From Epiperipatus broadwayi (taxonomy: Eukaryota > Animalia > Onychophora), in contig JAQFVV010000007.1 in assembly GCA_028023455.1 (NCBI GenBank), positions 7,502,001 to 7,566,000 on the forward strand: 64,000 bases of DNA. The letters run 5' to 3'. A program made the position numbers and the translations under genes. The notes below the pieces were generated by a model that saw only the letters and a list, made by a program, of their open reading frames with translations, was not told the DNA's origin and did no database searches. Positions 54,144 through 64,000 of this stretch are shown here, in pieces (the first letter of the stretch is position 1; each line of letters opens with the position of its first letter).

Positions 54144-55151
54144 AGAACTTCATTCAGTTTCATTTTTTTTACTTCTATGGTTAGTTGGTAGTTTACTTAA
54201 AATATATTTTAAAGCAACAGTATTTTTGTATCCCCAATATATGTTCAACAATCTCTCTCTGGTTGCATTCTTTTGTTATCAATGATTCTCATAAATTTTT
54301 AAAGGTTGTCAACCTCCATCCTTTAAACATTTTATTATTAACAATGAAGACCTCAATTCAATACTTAATTGAAAAATACATCAAACATGTCTAATATTTA
54401 TGTTTACTTTAACATGCATTTGGTACTGATCACTTCCAATAACAATTTATTAATAGCATTTATGATAGTTTAATGTTCACTCTATCTTGGAGTAGCCACA
54501 GAAATAAGAATAGGTCAAATGACTCAACCAAAAAAAGGTAATACTTCTTAAAAGAAGATTGCATTCTATTTGTCTTCAATGTATTTTGATTATCTATTTT
54601 CTTTTGTAGAACATTTACCTGCTTAATACTCCTGTGTAACAATAATTTCACATTCAATTTATAGAACTTAGCCTTTTGAACAATCAGATTTCTATATCTC
54701 ATTATGTTTGTTTTTCTTTTTACTTCCTCTTTAAAAATCTTACAGGAATAACATTCAAAAATTACTGTAAGTCAATGTGTAAAAAATAATTGAATGCTGT
54801 ATTATAAAAAATTCATACAAATTTTGGGCATCAGAAGTGACAAAATCAGGCTGTGATTTATGGACTTTAAGATAAAAAGTCTACCGGACTTACAGAGGAA
54901 TCAATGAGTAACAGCTTAAATATACCATTTCTTTTATCATTATCAACAGCATTGCAAGTATTATGTATTGGCATTACTATAAATAATATTTTTTATAAAT
55001 TTGATAATTAACAGATGGTTCAAACTCAGCTACAAAACTAAATAATCATGAGTAAGTATCAGAGCCTGATATTGACTTACCAGAGCTGTGATCTGCAACT
55101 GATAAAATCAGAGTTGTAAATAAGAAACATGCATATTACAACTGTTTAACT

Positions 55152-55269
55152 ATAATAAAAAACACACAATTACTTCTCTATGAAGTTGCTTTAATAATTT
55201 AATATTTCAACCAGCTAGTTGAACTATTAAAGCAGCTTTATAGAGAAGTAATTGTGTGTTTTTTATTAT
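55152..55269. repeat. Near-perfect hairpin (inverted repeat)
   Basis: 'ataataaaaaacacacaattacttctctat' pairs with 'atagagaagtaattgtgtgttttttattat'. Inner pairs are 'ttgctttaata/tattaaagcag' and 'ttcaac/gttgaa'. Confidence 0.9.
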
Positions 55270-55380
55270 GTTTTTATTTTTCGTTTTGTTAGTTTGTATA
55301 TTTATTTTTACAAAGTGTTTAACTATGAAATAGATGTTTCAATGTAAAAAATCAAAAACAGAATCTGATATATAAGTGGA

Positions 55381-55478
55381 ACTTTGGAAAAAGATTACTG
55401 GGCAATCAAAATTGTCAATTTGGAGATATAAGTAAAAGTTCTGAAGAAGATTGCTGGGGCAATCAAAACTGTCATATT
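55381..55478 (+). ncRNA. Tandem pair of hammerhead relics (~57-nt period)
   Basis: Copy 2 reads CTGAAGA-a-gattgc(tggg)gcaatc-AAAAC-t-GTC, where TCGAAAC to TCAAAAC fits CpG decay. Copy 1 is 'ttggaaa-agattactgggcaatc-aaaat-tgtc'. Confidence 0.7.
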
Positions 55479-56107
55479 AGGTTGTAAAAAAAAGCATTGT
55501 AAAAGTAATAAAGAACATAGATGATATTAATATTATATGGATCTGGCAATGTAATAGGAAAGATAAAGTTATAATGCTATATAAATACATTTAGTTAAAA
55601 ACAATTTATAAGATTAAACTGTTATAATAATTTTAATCTATCAAATTAAAAAATTTCTCAGGTAATTAAAGTTACAAATGTTATCTGACAAAGAAAACAT
55701 CAGCAACTCGACTTTTTTCTAATTAAAGGTAATCTTTGGAATTTTACAAAATTTATTAATAAATACATACATTAGAGAATAATAGCAGCTTATATTATAA
55801 ATCCTACCAAAATCTAAATCAGCTCAGTCAGACTTAAGTTGAAGAGCCATAAGTGCAACAGCCAAGAAGAAGACAACAGAATATGTCCAAAAAAGGATCT
55901 GAAGCAGCCTAATAGAAGTAGAAGAGCCAAGAAAGAAGGCAGCAAGATTGCCTAATAAAAAGTCCAAATGGAGACTCTCAGAGAATTAAAAAATCATAAG
56001 AACCTCTGTATTATTTAGTTTTATTGATGCTGGAGTAACCTCTTGACCACTCGTACACAGCAACTCAATATACTGCAATTTGTAAGAATCTCCACAGTAT
56101 TATACCT

Positions 56108-56127
56108 CCATCATCATCATCATCATC

Positions 56128-56218
<91 letters not shown>
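56108..56218. repeat. Compound microsatellite (ATC)n(ATA)n(TAT)n(GATT)n
   Basis: Directly visible. It accounts for the N/I/M runs of ORF 56100..56369. Confidence 0.97.
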
Positions 56219-56892
56219 GTAATCTTTCGGCCATTTGTGCACAGAAACTCAATATGCAACACATAGTCATGGTAAAAGTCATTTCTAGTGTATTACTACT
56301 ATTATAGTTTTGGCTTGGAATTGGAATTGCCATAGTTATTTGCGACTGGGTTGATGATGATGATTCCATTTTGTTTTATTCTCTCCCCTTTTTAAATTAA
56401 GAAAATACAAAGTAAAATTACACCATTTCATATTTTAGCTAACCTTAATTTAACATTATATATACTATGTGAAAGAAAGATACACAAAAGCTAGCTACAT
56501 GGGAGTGTAGTGTATATATATTTCAAATTTTTCCTAAGATTAAATTAATTAGCAGTGAACACAATCAAATAAACTTCAAAGGTTATACATTAAATTAGCT
56601 GAAATTTAAAACAATCAAATTAAATGGATTTTAATGAGAGTACTAAATCAATAAGTGGAAGACGGTAATATCACTTTTTTTTTTTTTTAAAAAAAGCCGA
56701 TTTTGTTTTTCATTTTTCTTCTCTTTCTTTGATGTAGAAATATTTGATTGATTTATTGAGTTTTTCCTGATATTTGAAATTTTCAGAAAATGGAAAAAAA
56801 AATCATGATGATAATATATGTTTTTCGAACCTTCGCGTCAAATAAATAACAATAATTACAATCCTAATAAACATATAGTATATTTATCTGGG

Positions 56893-56932
56893 CCAACTGA
56901 CTAGTGCTGGTTCAACACGAAACGCATGATGG
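56893..56932 (+). ncRNA. Hammerhead relic of the same family as 63492-63624
   Basis: ccaa-CTGACTA-gtgctg(gtt)caacac-GAAAC-gcat-gatgg. Stem II is nearly identical to the 63.5-kb copies. Confidence 0.6.
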
Positions 56933-57479
56933 AGATTGTCTTTTATTGTATTTTTATTCATATGATTTGAAAAGAATGTGTGATTTAGTATATTTATATA
57001 AAATATATTTAAAACTGTCACGTTTTAAAAATGTACATTTGAGACATTAGGTCCCAAAATTAAAGTGCTGACATCAATGTATTAAAATGTTGAAATCAGA
57101 ATTCAGTAACTTCAAATTGTTGCATTTTGTTTAAGCAAAAGTACTCTGACTTAATTGTCTTTAGACACAACGTAGAAAACTGTATACAATAGAAGAATAA
57201 ACTTATTTAAAGCATTAAAATATGAATATTTATTGCAGATTTTTTATTGTTTACTATTAATAATTATATAACTTTAAAATTAATATAACTGAATGGTATA
57301 AGATGTATTACAATGTAGTACACATTATTTTTTTGTCATTTAAGAATACTTTTATAATTTCAAAAATACAATAAACCAACCAATATGTTCTTTACTTTGC
57401 TGGATGTAGTATTATTGAATCCACTAATGCAAAATCATACTTTCATTGGATTGGACATATAAAATAAATGCTCATTGGA

Positions 57480-57720
57480 GGATTTCTTTAAAAGATACTT
57501 TATGGTAAACTTGAGTATGAGTTTTGTAGAAAAGCTAGATTCCAACTACATTATAAAGTTTATCTGAAGAACATTTGAAACAAGTCCAAAGTCAATTGTT
57601 TCCATTGGAAAAATATGGTGAAGAATAGAATACATTGAAGGGCTACAATTTGACATAGTGTAAAAACTATTTCAGAGAAAAGGTTTCTGCTGAGGGAACT
57701 AAAAGACAACATTGTAAAAT
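57480..57720 (+). mobile_element. Gypsy-like RT relic
   Basis: 'SEEHLKQVQSQLFPLEKYG' followed by 'VSAEG' resembles the post-YxDD segment 'EEHL..+..VF..L..YGL...+S..G' of LTR-retrotransposon RTs. Confidence 0.4.
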
Positions 57721-57876
57721 ATCAGGTAAATAGAAAAATGAATCAACATGTTCTATGCATGGGTATATTTGTCATTCACCAATGGTTTTATATTGTATAG
57801 TCATTGCAAAAATCATTTCTAGAGTAGTTGTTTATATTCTACAATTGTAATGGCCATACTCATTTTAAGTGGCTAC

Positions 57877-58005
<129 letters not shown>

Positions 58006-59580
58006 TATTGCTGAAATATACATTATGTAAAAGATTATGATATTCTGATTCAGATTATGAAATATTACTGAATATTTTAAATCTTTTAAAAATTGATTGC
58101 CCTAGGTGGATAGTGAGGCTGGTAAAGAAATAGTCTTGAACTCAGAAATGTGGATTGAGGCTCACCATAGTCACTCCTAGTGCTTGAACTTCTTATGAAC
58201 TCATGAATAATAAAACATTCAATTATTATTTAAGAAGTGACTGTTCCAAATTTGGATAACTGCTCTAAAGTTCTTGCTGCTATTCAGAGAAGGATAATGT
58301 TGAGAGAAGGGTAAGTATATCAGGTTCTGAATCACCCTGACTAATACTTAGTTACTTTTTTAGGATTTCTTTTATTTTTAATTTTGTTAGGTCTTTTGTG
58401 TGCAATGTAGCTGACCAATATACATAAAAGTGTTCAAACACAATCATTAATAAGCTCATAACTAAAAATTGGTTTCATTTGGGTTATATAATTATGTTTG
58501 AAATAATCTAAGGCTACAAATGGGTTTACCATTTTATAACATGGTTTTTCCCATTCCTATAAAATATTTCTTTCCTATTTAGTCAATACAACATTATTAT
58601 TTTCACTGAATATGTGTGACATGTTATCTAGTCATATGTTTTCTGGCAGTAATTACTGATAAAATTTTATAAAGACCACTGAAGATACTATAGAAAGATA
58701 GTGTAATCATAGATTTAATCTATCATATGGCATGCAGGGGATGTATAATAATATTGAAGCTTTATTTAAAAAATCTTAGGGTTAGGTGTTATGATTAAGG
58801 ATTAAGGTAAAGTCAGGGTTAGAATTTCCAGTTGATTAATGTTTATTAATTAAAATCATAAAATTATTTACATTCTTAAAAAAATAATGTGTCTTATTAT
58901 GATATTTATACAAATCACAAATAAGATTAAATTGGAAATATAGCGATGAAATCATTTTTGGGGACAAACAATTAATTTCAAACAATGCCGTACACCTGTT
59001 TGATTAAGTGAGTCAAATATTTAATCGCTTCAATAAAAGCATACTTGACATGTTTCTTGCATTTACCTGGCAACAAAAAATTATGTTTATACTGTTTTTG
59101 ATTCTTTAAAACTTCAATGAATTTCTGAAAACTATTTATCTATGATTGAAAGTAACCTAATCAACAAAGCTCTTGAAAGTACCTTTGCATAATGAATAAT
59201 AATGATTTTCCATGATAAAATACTGCAATTTTGATTCTCTATTTTTATAAATTTGATCAATAGAAACATTCCTTAAGTTCAGAGAGGACAAGTCTATAAG
59301 TCTATATGTTCTTAAACAAATTCCAATGTTTTTAAAGCTAAAAATAAATTACAATAGAATGCTATTAATGTCATTTATTGCTAGACAATCAAAGGTATTC
59401 TAATTGAATTCTTGATCAATTTAATGGTGTAAAATAAGATAGTTTTATTCAAAATTATACATTGTTGAGGCAGTTTGCTTTTTTTCTAATGTCATTAACT
59501 GATTGTTTCTGAAAGAATGGTGAGTTTGTTGAATTACAAATTTAAGATATTTTTCAGGTGTATACATAGATAAATGGTAT

Positions 59581-60123
59581 AAAACCATCAAAACATTACA
59601 TGATCACCCTTTCATATACTCACATATGTTGTTAATAAGAGTACTAAACTCTCCATATAGTAGTACCACCTAATGCAAGCTTTCATCATCGATGGTATTC
59701 ATATTAATAACAGTGTTAAGCATATAAAAGTTTGATCATGTGCTGTTTTGATGACTAGACATCTATCTTGCCCATAGGATAATAGTGCCTATGATTTTTG
59801 AAAAACCAAAAACAGCAAAATGTATAGATGCTGAAAAGCAAATAACCTTGGGTTGGAAACATTCTGGTGTTTTCATATCAGACTCTTAGCTTTTTAGGTA
59901 GCCAAATAGGTAAAAGGTGTCTGTTAGAGGGTTGCATTATATCCTAACTGCTCTCAAATGTAAGGCTTCTCATTGAGGAAAGCTACAAGCTAGAAACTAG
60001 TCTGGGGATATTGGATGAGTAGATAGATAGGGATTTTATGCACAAACCATTCTACATCTATTGATTATGAAATATTGCACTAGGTGGCACTACTGTATGG
60101 AGAGTTTGGTGCTATTACTGATA
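59581..60123. mobile_element. HHR-repeat family 1, locus D (inverted fragment ~59581-59678 plus a near-full monomer)
   Basis: Homologous by eye to locus C. The HHR at 59967-60006 reads ttctca-TTGAGGA-aagctacaagcta-GAAAC-TA-GTC-tgggga, with a C3-to-T change. Confidence 0.85.
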
Positions 60124-60868
60124 AAAAGTATAATTCAGATGAAATTCTAATAATTTCTGACAAGCTCACAAATAATTTTATGGTTTTTCAAATATGTAAC
60201 ACTGTTAATATAACTCATTAACAGAACAATCAAATATATAAACTTTACTGAGATAGCCTGCAAACCAAATTATTTAAATACACTTGCAAATAATGCTGAC
60301 TAATGGCTTGACATTAGTATAAAAAGTTGGATATTGTTTTCAACAGAATTTAAATGATTCTTTGGAAATCTGGTTTGTGGATTATTTCAATAAGATTTTT
60401 GGACTTGATTGTTCAATGAATAAGTTAGATAAAAAGGTGTGAACAATTTATTTGTACATTAAAATTAAAATTATATGATATATTTAATGTGTAAAATAAA
60501 TATTTCACTGCTTTTTCTTACAAAGTTATGGAAAAATAATATGTCCAGTCACTAACCAGATCGCTAAAGATCCTTCTTAATATCACATATAAACAACATT
60601 CACAAAGGGCTCTTTCCTTCTATTAAAATCATCAATTTAATTTTCAGTCTTTGGTTTCTGAGGCGTCATTATATTTTCAGTCCAAAATTGAGGAAAAAAA
60701 TATATCTGTTAATTATTAATCTTGGAAAAATATATATCACTCTTGTGAATCTGCAGATATTTATGTGGCTACATGGAGTTTACTCTCCTCATCACCACTA
60801 CAAGTATTTGTTCATGTGTTTTTATTTTGCTTACCATCAAAACTTTTATAATTCTTTTAACTGACATA

Positions 60869-61071
60869 ACATGATCACAATCTCATACTAGCACATAATT
60901 GTTATTAAACAAGGCAAAACTCTCTCCATACAGTAGTGCCACCCTGTGACAATCAGAGTAATCAATGAGTAGGCATTAGATAGGGATTTTATGCACAAGC
61001 CTTCTGGCATCCATTGATTACTCTGATTGGCATAGGGTGGCACTACTGTATGGAGAGAGTTTTGCCTTGTT
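60869..61071. mobile_element. HHR-repeat family 1, locus E (short inverted pair, no HHR)
   Basis: The 60-bp arms (60908-60967 and 61012-61071) correspond to the region just 3' of the HHR. Confidence 0.9.
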
Positions 61072-61599
61072 CTTTTAATTGATTTATATGATTCCTCACA
61101 CAATAGTATTTTTCACTATTATATTTAAATTATCTTTTTCCACTTGGCTTTAATTCTTTCTGATATTTTAAATTATGTATTTACCTATAATGTCCAATTT
61201 TAGAAGAAAGAAAAATAATATCAAATCCAAACATTTCCTTTTTAAAATTCAATGTAATCTAGAAAAAAATGAGATATTTATTACTCACAAGTAAATTAAA
61301 AAGTTGAAGCACTTAAAGTAACAATGTAGAGATGTCATCCATAAACTTGAGCTCCAAGATACAATACTCTACCATATTATTCACTTATAATATGATGAAC
61401 ATTAAAAATTATGAAATATAATAATTTCACATTTAAAGTGTTTTGTTTAACAGTTGCTTAAAAGTTTGCAAAGATGAAGAGTTAAGATTGGAATCAGGAG
61501 TATGAATCCAATTCTGTGAGAGTGTCATCAGATTGAGGATATGGAAATGGCTTTCAGATGAAAAAAATATCTAAGAAGAAAACAATGCAAATTAATCAG

Positions 61600-61820
61600 T
61601 CTCCAACAATTGGATAGCATTCAATATCAAGCAGCAGGGAAGGGATAAGTCATTATCCTGACAGATGCTAAGTCAGTGATAGAATTTTTTGATCCCAGTA
61701 AAAGATTAGTATAGGAGACAACAGTAAATGGGAAACTAGTAGATGAAATGGTTTGGGTATTAAGCCTATAGTAACAGGTACTTCTGGGCAAAGAAGGCAA
61801 TGAAAAATCACTTGCTTTAT
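61600..61820 (+). mobile_element. LINE RNase H relic (I-group-like)
   Basis: 'VIILTDAKSVIEF' (cf. V.I.TDS.S.+) and the downstream 'EGNEKSLAL' (cf. GNE.AD.LA) are present but frame-broken. Confidence 0.55.
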
Positions 61821-63379
61821 AAATTCCACTATCTCTTTTTCATTAAGATATATTAGTAATTGTTGAAATGACTTTAAAATTCAAAATTCATTTACACTTT
61901 TCAAACAGTTGAATGTATATGAAAAGTTTAAAGTTTGAATTTTTCTAAAGACATTTAACAATTAATTCTCAATGATGGAAACAGTTAAACAAAATTACAA
62001 ACATAATTGTTTAGTATTTTAAAATAGCAGCATGATTATGATATTTAAATGTTTTGGTGCTTGAAAAAGAAAGCTTGTACTTAAATTCATATCGGTTCAT
62101 TGTGATATATATAAGAATAGTGTTATCATGATGTAGAAATATACAGCCACATGAATGAGACTAATATAGTTGGCACATATATGGTAAGGGAGTTTGCATT
62201 TTTTTCTGTTGTAATTGCTGTTTGGTTGGGAAGTTCTTGTGAGTTTATTGGACTGACATTTAAATAATGTGTATAACAAATGTTTCTATTAAATTTGATG
62301 AACAAAGTATTAAGAACACACAAAAAAAATCTTCATTGTATATGTTGGGTCACTTCCATCATTTATCATTAAATGTTAAATATTTAGAAAATTTTAAACT
62401 CTATTTAAACTTTTCCAAATACAAACAACTGTTATTAATAATACATAAGTTAGTTGATTACTCAATGTTTTGAGTAGTATTATTCTTTGCTTTTCTTCAG
62501 ATATTGCTTGCCTGACTAGCGAAAATTCTAGCATAGGAAACACTATAATTTTGGTTATTATATTTAACTTAAAATAATAATATGGGATATTTCTAAATTA
62601 TTTAATTCAATCATTCACTTTAAAAATAGAGATTGAATTAATTAATTTATGGATGTCACACACTTGTATTTCAAGTTGAATATGTACTCCTAATTGTGGT
62701 CCAATAAAAAAAAATGTTTTTAGCATTTTTCATCTCAAAGGAAATAAAAATCTTTTTATAAAATATTTTTTACATTTATTATTTTTTAGCCTGTGAATAT
62801 TTATTTCATCATAGACATTTTGTAACCATCCATACTCAAATTTAAAAATGGAGAATATAATTCATATCACTGTAAATAAAATTCACATGAATTAAATGTT
62901 TTTTACCAAATTAAAAATTATTTACAAGACTTGTGTCTTTATGAAGGCAGCAATCACAAAAAGCAAGATTTAGTTTGACTATCAGGAGAAACTCAGATTT
63001 CATCTTTTATTTGTTCTTTCTATTTTAATTAATTGTAAATGTTTTATTTTTAATGAAATTCCATGAAAGTGTATTTTGAAAAAAACATATTACCACTTAG
63101 TGCATATTATTGAAAAATTACTAAACCTTTTGCCTCACCAATATTGTTATTCTGGACAATCCTGAGATACTGAATTGTATTCAATATCTAACATGAATGC
63201 AAAATTGGAAGAAAGTTCATTTGATATAAGTGTATTAAAAATTAGTTGAAAGTTTTAAACCAACAACCAAAAAACAAACAGAAAGAGAACATTTACTATA
63301 TATAAAAATTTGTTGATATATATACACAAACAAATAAAAAGTGAAAATTTAGTACATACAATGAATTTGTGGTTATATA

Positions 63380-63738
63380 AATTAACTTATAAGAAATTTG
63401 AGCTCAGACTTTCAAGCACCCTTTCACTATCCACACTATTTCTTACCATTGATATACATGACCACACACATGTAGAAAAGATAAATAATCACCAATATAT
63501 GTATATCATGCTGAACCAGCACTCATCAGTTGATCCAGATAATGAGTGCTGGTTCAGCATGAAATACGTATTTAGGTGATTACCAACTGATGACTGCTGG
63601 TTCAGCATGATATACATATATTGGTGATTATTTATCTTTTCTACATGTGTGTGGTCATGTGTATCAGTGCTATGAGATAATGTGGATAGTGTAAAGGTGC
63701 TTGAAAGTCTCAGTTCAAATCTCCTATATTTACAATTA
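63380..63738. repeat. Long inverted repeat containing three hammerhead relics (63492-63532 minus; ~63539-63576 plus; 63583-63624 plus)
   Basis: The ~150-bp arms each carry caa-CTGATGA-(g/c)tgctg(gtt)cagcat-GATA-tacata-TA-ttgg. The spacer carries a third copy with GAAA-TACGTA-T. Confidence 0.88.
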
Positions 63739-63810
63739 AGCTCCAAGTATATGAAGAATACCTGTATTTGAAATATTTATACATCAACTTTAAATTAAAG
63801 TGTATATAAT

Positions 63811-64000
63811 CAGGGCCGGCGGAAGCGGGCATGCGGGCGCTGGCAGAAGGAGGCGCCATCACTGAGAGATTAGCATCTGAAAAAGAAGGCGTCATCCCTG
63901 AGAAATTAAAACTCTACTAACAAAAATACTCACATTTGAAGAATATTATTCTCAAATGTTTATTTACAAAAATTATTGAGAGTAGATTATTGAAAATCAT
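63811..64000 (+). mobile_element. Left end of a probable non-autonomous hAT-like DNA transposon (runs off the window)
   Basis: An abrupt GC-rich start 'CAGGGCCGGC...ggcgc' follows 'tatataat'. The other terminus and the TSD are not visible. Confidence 0.45.

Noticed and set aside
56100-56369. ORF with N/I/M homopolymers
   Set aside because: It is read-through of a compound microsatellite.
57564-57586. Perfect-looking hammerhead core CTGAAGA-acattt-GAAAC-AA-GTC
   Set aside because: Stem I does not pair, and the same bases encode 'EEHLKQV' in a Gypsy-like RT relic. It is probably coincidental.
58676-58731. CTGAAGA followed by two hairpins
   Set aside because: There is no GAAA core (GTAA/TAAT instead) and no relatives in the window.
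63310-63746. Two opposite-strand ORFs encoding near-identical peptides
   Set aside because: This follows directly from the inverted repeat, and the peptides resemble no protein I recognise.

Overview
This is very AT-rich, CpG-depleted eukaryotic DNA, most likely from an invertebrate such as an arthropod (an inference from composition and transposon content). I could not support any intact host protein-coding gene, rRNA, true tRNA or CRISPR array. The listed ORFs are transposon relics, microsatellite read-through or chance AT-rich frames. The window is a transposon graveyard. It holds L1/Tx1, RTE and CCHC-tailed LINE fragments, a mariner remnant, solo-LTR-like elements inserted into ATAT, decayed Penelope-like (PLE) RT and GIY-YIG fragments, and microsatellites. 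The main signal is a non-coding repeat of about 454 nt carrying a minimal type I hammerhead ribozyme (HHR). It occurs at five loci, always in head-to-head inverted arrangement, with one structurally intact ribozyme at 49760-49801. At least three other HHR families are present as relics (50176, 55381/55441, 56893/63492-63624), some in short tandem pairs or inside long hairpins. This fits a PLE pseudo-LTR or non-LTR retrozyme system. The class is known, but these families may be undescribed. All protein and RNA assignments come from motif reading by eye and need HMM or covariance-model confirmation.
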